Assembly (NCBI GenBank): GCA_965644295.1
Contig: CBFFRP010000423.1
Coordinates: 310,001 to 374,000, forward strand
Origin: Paraphysomonas bandaiensis
Lineage: Eukaryota; Protista; Chrysophyceae
Direction of reading: 5' to 3'
DNA length: 64,000 nucleotides
Positions 1-14,473 of the stretch are shown one piece after another. Every line of letters starts with the position of its first letter. The stretch's first letter is position 1. A program made the position numbers and the translations under genes. Under the pieces are notes generated by a model. That model worked only from the letters and a program-made list of their open reading frames with translations, made no database searches and was not told where the DNA came from.

Positions 1-585
1 TTATTCATTATTTTTTAGATCGAGGTTGCCGAGTAAATCTCGAGTTTGGCTAAAGTCGAGTTTTGCATTTCTCAAGTTTTGGCGTTGTATGAAGTGTGAA
101 GTGAGCCTTGCTATCTTCAGACGAAGATACTGGCATTTCGATGATGGCAGTGATTTTGAGGAGACGAATACCCCCGGTTTTACGAAAACAGGGGTTTGAG
201 TGGAACTAAAGTGCCAGTATCTTTGTCTGAAGATAATAAATAGGCTGCTTTTCCAGGGAACTTGAAAGATCCGATGATGTGTCCGGAGTTCTGTCAACTA
301 CTATTGTTTGTGATGAATACTATATTTGAAGACAGTATTTTATGAAATATTTCAGGTAAATTAAAATGTAATGACTGTATGAGTGACTGTATAGTGAATT
401 TAATTAAAGTCCCTCCAGAACCCTGAATGCTAACCATAATTCTGATATAAAATCATAGAACAATTTACTAGAAGTACTATAATTAACTATAAGTACTGTA
501 ATTATTTAGACGCTATTACTTAAAGTGAGCTATTAAACACATTGTATGCACTGCAGTTTGCTTCAGTTAGGATTGGATTTGGTTA

Positions 586-1541
586 ATGGTACGTGTAGAA
601 CGGAGAGGCCGAAAGAAGCGAACTCCACGAAGGCATCACATGAATAGTGCTCACAAGACGAAGCTACTCGCACTTCGACATGCCTGACTTAGTTTTCGTG
701 ATATTGGGAAGCGGATGAAGCTAAATTCCGGCAATTTATGCAGAGTTTACAACAACAAAATCTCGACAAAAAGTTTCAACTGTACTCGTGGCTCCGGTTG
801 AAAGAGAAAAACAACTGAAAGAGACGATGCCTTGATTGTCAGAGAGGTACGAAGGAATCGAATGGTAAGTGGCCCACAACTTAAAACTCTTTTGCCTTCA
901 GTTAAGGTATCAGAACGGACGTTTAGACGCCGTATTAACTGCTGCTCCGACTTCCAATCACAATGGGTGACAAGAAAGCCCTTTGTTAGCAAACACAACA
1001 GAATTAGGAGATTGAAGTGGGCGAGAGCTCTTTTGAACAGTGGAGGAAAGTTATTAGGTCGACGAGTCCCCTTTCGTTCTTCGCTATCACCGAAAGCAGC
1101 GTTGCGGGAGAGCTGTTGGCGAAAGATATGATCCGGTCTGTACTACAGCGACAGTGAAGCATGACGATAAAATAACGGTTAGGGAATGTTTCTGTGCTCA
1201 TGGCGTAGGAGATTTGAACCATTTGGAGGGAATTTTAAGGAAGGAACAGTAACCTATACATCGTTGAAAACCATTTCTATACTAGTGCGGAGCGACTATA
1301 CCCCGATTTCGACTGTATTTTCCAAGAAGATCTTATTCGTATGGATTGGCTCGCTCAATCTCCTGATTAGAACCCGATACTAGACCATCACATGACAGAC
1401 TGATCTTCCAACGACCTAAACGAGTTTTTTCAGCTGCTACTGAAGATATGGAATGAACTCCCAGTTAGCTTATTGTCTGATCTAGTAGATAGCATGCCTT
1501 GATGGTGTCAAGAAGCTGAAGGATATGCCACTAAGTATTAA
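586..1541 (+). pseudogene. Degenerate Tc1/mariner transposase
   Basis: ATG at 586. HTH-like region (KRKTTERDDALIVREVRRNR...KVSERTFRRR), RKPFVSKHNRIRRLKWA, remnant DESPF, DWLAQSPD*NPI and the typical GYATKY* end at 1541. Stops and frameshifts throughout. Confidence 0.9.
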
Positions 1542-1699
1542 GTGGGTTTTTTTATATAAGAAGCTTAAAAATCAAGGTTTTGACACATTAATTAAGAAAA
1601 TTTTCACCAATTTTAAAGCTGAATAGCTCATTAGAAAGCACTAAAAAACTACACATTTCCTATTATTAGAGTAATGATATCCAGTTTTTACATTAGCTT

Positions 1700-1749
1700 A
1701 AAAGTGCAATTCCCAAAAAACCGTTGTTTTTTTTCGACATACCCTGTAC
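1700..1749. mobile_element. Probable right terminal inverted repeat of the Tc1/mariner element
   Basis: Ends ...CGACATACCCTG|TA (reverse complement TA|CAGGGTATGTCG), a Tc1-like terminus with TA, followed by a (CATA)n microsatellite. No matching left TIR in the window. Confidence 0.5.
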
Positions 1750-1994
1750 ATACATACATATACATACATACATACCGCCGTGTGTCCAGTGGTCGGTATA
1801 TGAGGAGAGCCCTATGAGCGAGTCATGTCTGCGAACATTATCCACAGGACTCATAATTTACTCTTTCCAGACAATTTCAGTGTATACTGAAGGTGTGTCT
1901 GTGCAGATATTCGACTATGACTTCCCCTGACAGAGGTAGTTAACTGATCACTTGTCATATATATACACGTGTGCTTCTATATATTCCCGACCAT

Positions 1995-3461
1995 ATGAAA
2001 AAATCAGCCAAAGAAGCTGTCCAAAATAAGAGCAAAGCATCACCTCGAAAGCAACTATGTAGTTTTTCTACTATTGAGGATGTGATCAGTGCGATCAACT
2101 CATGTAACAATATTTTAGTCATCAGCGGGGCTGGTATATCAGTGTCGTGTGGTATTCCAGATTTTCGATCGAAGAATGGTATATACAATACTCTCTGCTG
2201 CCAAGATATTGGAATTCCAGCTGCTGAGCTGCTCTTTGATTTATCATACTTTTTGATGGAGCCAGGTAGGTAGTCGTTGTAATATACGTCGAATGTTTTA
2301 GTTATGTGCTTCGTATCAGAACCGTTTTACAAGTATGCTCATAATTTGATGCCTCAAGACGTCACCCCTTCACTGTCACATCACTTTGTTGCGATGCTTG
2401 AGTCCAGGAAGAAGCTTCTGCGTAATTACACACAAAATATCGACGGTCTTGAGAGGGTGGCTGGAGTGACACGGCTTGCTGAGTGCCACGGCTCAATGGG
2501 TCTCTTCAAGTGCGTTAAGTGTAAGAGAAAGATAAAACGAGAGGAAGTCGTCTCAGATGTGGTAGCTGGACGGGTGCCTCGGTGCTCTGTCTGTTCAGGC
2601 CTGATGGTGATAATCTGTTGTTGTAGGTTTCTAGTGTAATTTTTACTTGTATACCATAGAAACCAGCGATAACTTTTTTTGGGGAGGCATTAGATCCATC
2701 TATTTCCAGGTATTTAAAAGACGATATTAAGCGCTGTGACTTGGTACTTGTGATGGGCACCTCGCTTAAAGTCGGTGGCGCGGTGTTGTCATTATTGGGA
2801 GACATCAAATCGGATGTTCCCCAGATTCTGTTGAATCTTGAGGCAGTGTCGCCACCAAAAGGACTCAGCGATGGATTTGACGTCTCTTTACTCGGGAAGT
2901 GTGATGAGGTCATCGCCTGGTTATGTACAGCCTTAGGATGGGGTAAGTTTAACACGTAGCAGACGCTGATTGACCGAATTCATCTGTTGCTATGGAATTG
3001 TGTTTTTGATTGAGGTTAACTGTTCTACAGATATTAATTCCTCAAGTTTTGCACCTGCAAAGATCAACAAAAATCGCAAGCGGAAAGTTACTGAAGCAAC
3101 TGTATCGCACGAAGGGACTATTCGAGAGTCGACGAAGGAGTTGCCCTGCTGTCGCCGCAAAGGTGAAAGAGTGTATTGTTTCACGACTCCTGGCGAGGAC
3201 CTACACCCTGATCTTGAAGGGTGTCCTGTGGTATCTCCGTACGTCACAGATACTGAATACAATGATAGCTCAGAGCAGAATCGTAATAAACGTATTGACC
3301 TCCCTCTTCCCAGTGCCGATATGTCTATGGAGACAAAAGTTACGTATGACCCTCAGTCTGATGACGATAAAACTAGTATCTGCTTTGCGAAACGCAGCAC
3401 TGGAAGAAATTTGCGTCAATTACGGTGTACGTCGAAGAGTGATGATTTTGTGTACTTTTAG
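1995..3461 (+). CDS. NAD-dependent deacetylase, Sir2/sirtuin family (class I-like), 4 exons
   Basis: GAGISVSCGIPDFRS, YTQNIDGLE, ECHGS, Zn motifs CVKC/CSVC, KPAITFFGE, GTSLKV. Introns 2266-2319, 2607-2659 and 2943-3030 restore the frame. Confidence 0.93.
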
Positions 3462-3677
3462 TTTGCATGTTTTAGTGTTCTCGTCAGTGATATATAATTG
3501 TTGTATATTATAATTATTACTGAATAAGATACTGTTGAGTTTTGCTTAAAGTTGGGCAATGAAAATCAATCGCATTAAACAATGAGAGAATTCGAATGTC
3601 TGCTCTTTATTCCCATTGAAAAGTAAGAACGTAAGTCATATATATAGTCATGTGTATATCAAAGGTATAATGCTATA

Positions 3678-3834
3678 TAGTGTTACTAAGTTGTTACTAA
3701 GTGTGAACAGAAGTAAGTGTTACTAAGTGTCGAAAGGTTATGTAAGTAAAAGTTACGTTGTATCGAATGTTAGTTAATGGTAAAAATGGAACAAACTAAG
3801 ACTAAGGAACAGATAGCAAAAAATATTACTAAGT
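3678..3834 (+). repeat. Four copies of TRTTACTAAGT downstream of Rep
   Basis: TGTTACTAAGT at 3681, 3692 and 3718; TATTACTAAGT at 3824, overlapping the Rep stop codon. Confidence 0.8.
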
Positions 3835-5277
3835 AGAAACAAACGATGCAGGAAGAAGTGCTAAGTTAGCCGACGGAAATGAATTGGTTTCAGTGAGCTG
3901 GTCATGATTCCGTGATGTCTCCAGTTCGGCTGTTCTAGCTGCCACATGCTGCTGCTCGTTTAAAATATCCATCCTCTTGCGGCGAATATTAGTAACGATT
4001 TGAATCATTTCATCCAACGTATCTGGACAAGTAAGATCATGCAATGTCTGATATAAGGGATCAGGACGGCGGTCTTCCATGATCGAATACTCTGCAGGAT
4101 CTTCAGGCAAGGGAGTAAAATCTTCCTCCAAAGAACGAGGCTGAATGCGTGGACTTTTACTTGCGCTCTGGAGGATATTCTGGATACGATGTATAGGAGT
4201 TATATGAGCTATACTGGAGATACCTTTCTGTCTATCATCATTATGAGGAGTCCTAATAGAGGGTTCACGTATTCTGGGTGAAGAACCAAGGGGTCCTGAA
4301 ATGAAATATCTTTCTCCAGTCCTCAGGCTGTGCATGGAATCGAAGAAAATGCGATCGGTGTCCTCAATTGTTGTATTTTTTGGACTGAACACAACTTTCC
4401 AGAGTGCTTCTCCTTCGTGGGTGTTGATTTTTGAATATTTTCGAATCCACTCTGGCGAAGGAATGTATCCACCAGATTGCATGGCATACATTGCTGTGTA
4501 CCTAAGAGGAGTAATGCACGGAAAAAGCACACGCATGAGAAACTTATACATTTCAGCAGTAAAATTCCTTTGCGTAAGTTGAACTTTACCTTCGTCAATA
4601 GATGTTAACTGAGACATATGTTTTAGGCGACCTTGTTCAAGATGAGCCCGTGGAATGTTGTGACATCTAAATTGAAACCAGGTCTGCCCTTCGTCCTTGA
4701 GAATATATCCGCACATGGTCGTAAAATCTTGTGTTTTAGTGAGCGGTTTGCAAAGAACTCTATGACCTTTACCTTTGTCGGTAAGAAAACTTTTGATAAA
4801 AGGACCAAGAACTTTAACAGCTTGTGGGGTACACGGGAAAAGGCACGAAAAAACTCCTTGCAGGTGAAGATTGTGGGCTCTGCGGCCCACTTCTGTGGAT
4901 AGTCCTCCTTTGATGCAGAAAGTTTGAACGAATGAGAAAATTTCGTCCAATGCCGGCACCGCTATGTCTGACTTTACTTTTGTGACAGTCAGAGACCATT
5001 GTGTCAAAGGATATCTTTCCCATCCAGGTGGCAAAAACGTTTTTAGAATTCTTCGCTGATACGGTGCCAGCAATGCAGTATCAGCAGGGTTGGAATACGA
5101 CTCTTCAGGTGCGACTTCCAGTTGTTCTGAACTGTCTGACTCATCGTTGTTATCTATGAAGTCTAAATCTGATGGAGAAGCTTCGTCCTCTACAGACGAC
5201 GCAAACAGATCATCGGAATCAGAGTCGCATACAGCTTGATCGTCAATAAAACGAGAACAAAAGCGCCGTTTTTTCAT
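3829..5277 (-). CDS. HUH (Y1) Rep endonuclease/transposase without helicase, Replitron-like
   Basis: Uninterrupted ORF (ATG 5277, MKKRR). RCR motif I WSLT, motif II EVGRRAHNLHLQG, motif III MCGYILKD followed by FQFRCHNI..LEQG. No Walker A/B. Acidic N-terminus (FIDDQAVCDSD...DLDFIDN). Confidence 0.85.
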   Translation of the reverse strand: MKKRRFCSRFIDDQAVCDSDSDDLFASSVEDEASPSDLDFIDNNDESDSSEQLEVAPEESYSNPADTALLAPYQRRILKTFLPPGWERYPLTQWSLTVTKVKSDIAVPALDEIFSFVQTFCIKGGLSTEVGRRAHNLHLQGVFSCLFPCTPQAVKVLGPFIKSFLTDKGKGHRVLCKPLTKTQDFTTMCGYILKDEGQTWFQFRCHNIPRAHLEQGRLKHMSQLTSIDEGKVQLTQRNFTAEMYKFLMRVLFPCITPLRYTAMYAMQSGGYIPSPEWIRKYSKINTHEGEALWKVVFSPKNTTIEDTDRIFFDSMHSLRTGERYFISGPLGSSPRIREPSIRTPHNDDRQKGISSIAHITPIHRIQNILQSASKSPRIQPRSLEEDFTPLPEDPAEYSIMEDRRPDPLYQTLHDLTCPDTLDEMIQIVTNIRRKRMDILNEQQHVAARTAELETSRNHDQLTETNSFPSANLALLPASFVST

Positions 5278-5372
5278 CGTTTTGTCCAAAAAACACACCG
5301 CAGAAGAAGCCAATCAGAAATGGAGGTTGCCAATAAAAAAGTGTCACTCCGACGCACACTGTGAGGACAAGG

Positions 5373-5449
5373 ATCTTTGTCGTGGTAACTCTGACTTGAT
5401 TGCAGTGAAATCTTTGTAGTGATGATAACTCTGACTTGATTGCAGTGAA
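5373..5449. repeat. Tandem 37/40-bp direct repeat upstream of Rep (iteron-like)
   Basis: ATCTTTGT(c/a)GTG(-/atg)..TAACTCTGACTTGATTGCAGTGAA occurs twice, at 5373-5409 and 5410-5449. Confidence 0.9.
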
Positions 5450-5539
5450 ATTGTGATTGTATAGTAATCGCAAAGCTGACTAAAGTGTGACGTCGAACAG
5501 AACATTGAAGTATGGGCAGGTACTGGTATGTGACACCAT

Positions 5540-5704
5540 TTTGGAATTCCAAGAAGCAGATTTTGGGATGGTTTGAGGGAACAAGTTAACGTCATCCAGC
5601 TGAAATCTTGATGTCGTATTGCTCAGAATAAAAGAAACCGCAACTTCAATTTTGAAGTAGCGAATGCCACGTACTTAGTTAGTTATTTGGAATTCCAAGA
5701 AGCA
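5540..5704. repeat. 19-bp direct repeat containing the palindrome TTGGAATTCCAA
   Basis: TTTGGAATTCCAAGAAGCA at 5540-5558 and 5686-5704. A small hairpin ACTTCAA-TT-TTGAAGT lies between them at 5643-5658. Confidence 0.85.
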
Positions 5705-5794
5705 ATATGAGAGAGCGAAAACACTGTGAGTTGTGCTATTATGTCACTCTTCTCAAGTCAGTTTTGTTAGTGCCAAAAATACTCAGTATTGACT

Positions 5795-6535
5795 ATGTTA
5801 TCCACACCTTTGAGTTCAAACAGTAGGACTGACTCTCAGTCGTCGTCATCTTCGTGTTCAAGTTGCTACAGCAGCCCTTTCAAGAGACGACAATGTGAAA
5901 TGGTACAGCAACTACACGAAACCTGTCCAAACTACAACCGATGTGAAGGGCTTTTACAAGTATGGAAGAAAGAGAAAGATTTATATGACCCAGAAGTCTT
6001 TGTGATGTGCTCCTCTAGAAATAAAGAATGCAGATACATGGTTCGTATAGCAAGCTTCAATACTAGCTGTCTATGCGGGAGAGCTATTGTAAAGGTGTAT
6101 GCCTCATTATGTATATAATATGTAGCTAAAATAAGCTTTTTGTAGGGTAATTTAATCACTCGACACAGTGAGAGTGACAAATGGGTTCACATGACCTGTA
6201 GGAATGCGGAGAGTGTGGATGGAAGTGCACCAATTTGTGCTGTGTGTCTCGAGGTTATTGAAGATGACGCAAGCACTATGCCGGTTAACATTGGAGGGAA
6301 ACGTGGAGTAAAGCATTTGGAATGCGCAGTGAAAGCTCAGTCCGAGTACGTCGTTGATTTATGTGCTGATTTACAGCATGAAACCGTGTTTGAAGTGGAA
6401 AAAGAAGACCATGCAGATGAGGTAGTGGATAAGCTCGACTCACTGCGCAATGCTCTCAGTCGTGGTAAAAAGAGAAATGCATCAGAAATGACTTTAAGCT
6501 CCAGAGACCCCCGGCTAGTATCTGGTAATAAGTAG
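5795..6535 (+). CDS. Multi zinc-finger protein, 2 exons, divergent from Rep
   Basis: The GT-AG intron 6095-6145 joins ORFs 5789 and 6191 in frame. Motifs: CPNYNRC...FVMCSSRNKEC (topoisomerase C4-ribbon-like), CLCGRAIVKGNLI...KWVHMTC (PARP-type/treble-clef-like) and CAVC...KHLEC. Confidence 0.75.
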
Positions 6536-7078
6536 TGGTACTAGAGTAGTAGAGTGTGGAGCTGGAGTACTACTATAGGGCTGTTGGGTAATAATCAGTT
6601 TATTCATTGTATGTACAGTTATTGCTCTTTTGTTACAAGCGCAAGCAATAATGAGAACTAGATGGTACTGTCTGTAATAAACTATAAGATTAGGTGAAAT
6701 TTATATATGCTCAAGATTTGTCGTTAATTTGCAGCAAACGCATGCATGTGTATGTAGTGCTGTAGTTTTAGTTTAGCCACCGACCTCGTTGACCAACACG
6801 TCTTCCTCTGAGGACTGACTCAAAGAATCCAAAACTAATTAGATATATACTAAATTGCTTCAAGTGTCTTTTATAATCAGGCTTGCGTAACCATTAATGG
6901 CGACGCATTGCTTCCCCCATTTTTATGGCCTTTGATTACTATTGCTTCATCGCTTTAGAAAGAAGTAAATGGAAAGTGTTAATAATTAGACTAAGTACTA
7001 GCTATTTAACCGCAATGATGAGCAGTTCGTTCCATGTTACAGGTCAGATAGCTAATGCGAACAATATTCTTAAACATC

Positions 7079-7238
7079 AATCGCAACTTGAAAGGATTTG
7101 CAGTTTGCTTGATGGCACCAAAGCTGAAACATTCTGACTGTACAAGCCACTAATATTTCGGAGCAAGTAGCTTGCACAGTCAGAATGTTTCAGCTTTGAT
7201 GCCATCAAGCAAACTGCAAATCCTTTCAAGTTGCGATT
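7079..7238. repeat. Long near-perfect inverted repeat (foldback), 73-bp arms, 14-nt loop
   Basis: 7079-7151 is the reverse complement of 7166-7238 with about 3 mismatches. Confidence 0.95.
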
Positions 7239-7657
7239 TGGCTTCCAAACCAGTCGTTTTCAATATGTAGATTGGTGTGTAAGAGGTTGTAGTGTGTTGT
7301 TGTCATACTTGTGCCTTCTAAGTGATGACGATAGAACCCCACAGAACAAGATTTCATAGATGTTTTCAAAGGTAACTGTAGGACATGAAGCCTACTGCTA
7401 TATACCGTTCTTTAGCTTTGTTTTGACCTAATGTATGTTGCATTGGTTCTACTTCACCTGCTATGACATCATTCTTCTATAGCGCGTAGCTATATGCGAG
7501 TATATGTATGTATTTGATAGCTACCGGATTCCACTTGGTCAGATAAAATCATGGAATATTTATATCACCAAAGATGTGAGCCAAACATATTTTCATTTCT
7601 GTACTACTATGCCATTTTAACTACCTAAACTTAAAGTATCAAGGCTGCGATATCGGT

Positions 7658-8415
7658 TCAGAGCTTATGCTCTTTGACAACAGCTTTGACATTTTCAAGG
7701 AAAAAATCAACATCAAAGCTATCTTCGCTGTAGTGCAAGCCATCACAGCTTGCTTCAAATACATCTAATACTTCCTTGTCACCTTTTCTGGCGAGGGAAA
7801 GGAGGTTAGCGAGAAAATCTATAAATATAATACATAAGGCATCAGTGGCCCGTAGGAGAATATACATACCTGATCCCGCTTCGAGCTTGTTGGACCGTAC
7901 CATATGTTTTATTGCCTTCAGCAAAGTTGTTGTACTGGGAACTTGATGTGTAAGCTCATAGTTTTCCGAAAACTGTTCCGCCTTTTCTTTCTCTTCGCAC
8001 TCTATACGTAGTTTCTCTATATAGCTGAGGTAGTCATCTCTATTGTTAGCGACAACAACAATGTCAGTTCCGACGGGAACAACTCTTTCATCCGAAACTA
8101 GAATATCAGCAATAATGCCAGGGTCGTCGACATCCATACCAATAGTGACTCCTCCTACAGTTACCTCGCATATAGTTTCGTCTCTATTAAAAGCCTCACC
8201 AGCGCGCTTAAACCACTTATCAACTGAACCCATTTCAGCATTCTATAAACATATGAATTCAAACATCATCATATATTTATCATACATACATTCATTTGAG
8301 GCATTTTTAAAGTTTTATGGCTGCTAGCAGAGGAACAAAACGAACACAACATAACTTCTAGTTTATTCATATGGTAAAGACGTATGCCACTGCTAGCTCG
8401 TAGTAGATTTATCAT
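7658..8415 (-). CDS. Lipoyl/biotinyl-domain protein, probably mitochondrial, 2 exons
   Basis: Intron 8243-8289 gives a presequence-like N-terminus followed by LKMPQMNNAEMGSVDKWFKRAGE..DETICEV..VDDPGIIADILV..VPVGT (PDH E2-type lipoyl fold) and a helical C-terminus. Confidence 0.75.
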
Positions 8416-8918
8416 TGTTCTTGTTATTCTATGTTGAACTCGAATTAAATATTTTCTATGGCATAACGGGAGTGTGTTAGATGTATAGATGAATTCTGAG
8501 AGATAACTAAGTCCTTTGCCACGCATATTACATACCACACATACACAGTGCAGAAGTACATATATACATATACACACAGTTCTGTGTAGAGCAGTACACC
8601 CTGCATATACAGCAGTACAACATTTATAGCAGTACATACACACGTATATTCCATCAAAAACCCTCATTTTATCATCTGTGTATCTAACCACAGCGTACCC
8701 ATCGAGTAAAAACTACTGATATCTATAGTATATATACTGCTGTACTGTACGTACGCGTAGTAGAGGTAGGAACTACACGGTGCATTTCTGGTGCGGTTCC
8801 TAGCTACGTGTGTATCATGATCATGATCACGTACACACACATATATATATATATATACTCTACGTGTGGTGCTAATAACTAAAAGTATAAATTACAGTCA
8901 TTCATTGAGACTAATTCC

Positions 8919-9395
8919 ATGCAAGAACCATTCGTAGATGATATCGAATCAGGGGGTCCATACAACGACACCCCTGCGTCCTCCTCTCAATACTTCTGGA
9001 CTAAGAAGAAACTGTACGAGGGGGAGTGGCGAACATATCTGGTTCCAGTCCCTCTGTGGAGAGCTATCGCTACTCTCATACTCATATACACTTTTGCATA
9101 TTCATGTGATTTTATAGACAGTTTATGTACACAAGCTTCAAAGTTTACATGCGCTGTAACGCTCTTGGCCTGTACGGGTTATTTCGGGTGGGCAATATGG
9201 TGGGATGTGCCATATGCTGTACCGCCTACTTGGACCTTTATAAAACGACAAGGCTTTAACGCGTGCTGGGTATTAACATGGCTAATTTATAATGCGGTGT
9301 TGATTGGACTTGCAGTATTCGTATGCGTTTTAACTGTTGTTATAAATTATGGTGATTTAGAAGAAATTTTTAAGTGGGAATGCTTTCGCCGTTAG
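8919..9395 (+). CDS. Small multi-pass membrane protein, unknown function
   Basis: 158-aa ORF with an ATG start and about 3 hydrophobic segments. Confidence 0.65.
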   Translation: MQEPFVDDIESGGPYNDTPASSSQYFWTKKKLYEGEWRTYLVPVPLWRAIATLILIYTFAYSCDFIDSLCTQASKFTCAVTLLACTGYFGWAIWWDVPYAVPPTWTFIKRQGFNACWVLTWLIYNAVLIGLAVFVCVLTVVINYGDLEEIFKWECFRR

Positions 9396-9720
9396 TTACC
9401 ACGGATGTAGCACTAAATGAATTGAGTTTTCAACCCTTTAACACCTATTCATGTATGTATGAAATTGTAAGGGCTCATTTTAAGTATTACTGTTGAGTTC
9501 AAGCTAACAAACTGATTTTGAGACTTCTGTATGGTTTAAGCGGTTATATGCAACTACACAACTATTGCAAAAAACGTATGGTCTTTGCAGGAGAAAGAAA
9601 AAAGGAAGGGTCAAAAACTATAGTAGCTAGTGTCTGTCGTAAACAGCATTATTATTCTCATCTCAACACTTTAGGAGTAGAGAGTATGATGTAAAAGAAT
9701 TAAAGCTATCACACACGAAA

Positions 9721-13869
<4,149 letters not shown>

Positions 13870-14473
13870 TTAAGGTGTTGGCATAATGTGTGGGGTGAGG
13901 TAGGTCTAGGATATTTATATCGGCTTTAATTATAGTAAATATACGTACATTGTATATATGGAGGCATCCGTACCATACATGTCCATATTGATACCCACAC
14001 TCTGCCTGCAGGCTGGCATACATACCCATATAAAAAATAGATCTCTATACGTACAGTGTATAGGGATAGGTATACAGACACCCAATTTCTAGATCACAAT
14101 AAAATATACTGTGGGAAATACAGATAGACAACTTCAGAAATTGTCAAAAAAAGAATTATATACTGAAACAATGTCCTAGAAATCCCCATTATGGCTGAAT
14201 TTTATAGGTGGAAAACATGAAAATGATGTCTATACAAGATACTTCGTTGATGAATAAAAATGTGGGGTATTGGACGTATCTAATCATAACGCTGTATTAT
14301 AGAATAAGCATAGATCATTGGGTGAGAGGTATTTTTAGAATAGCAGGCAGTATGGTGTGAGAGGTGCGTCTTATTAGCAGATTCCCTCAGGGATTTAGGG
14401 ATTCAGGGATAGAGACATTAAATACGGCTTAAGCACATAGTTATATTGTGTTATATCGCTGGATGTGCCTGTC

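Noticed and set aside
168-198. Hairpin ACCCCCGGTTTT-ACG-AAAACAGGGGT as a Helitron end or terminator
   Set aside because: The stem is imperfect, no CTRR terminus follows at the expected distance, and the context is cut by the window edge.
3010-3513. Overlapping alternative-frame and antisense ORFs here and throughout the window (e.g. 25237-26118, 52631-53080)
   Set aside because: They are shadow ORFs of well-supported genes and show no recognisable motifs.
3829-5313. Helitron or endogenous CRESS/papillomavirus E1 gene (the acidic FIDD..DFID N-terminus resembles E1)
   Set aside because: There is no helicase Walker motif, no second catalytic Tyr and no capsid-like ORF. A Rep-only Y1 protein fits a Replitron-like element better.
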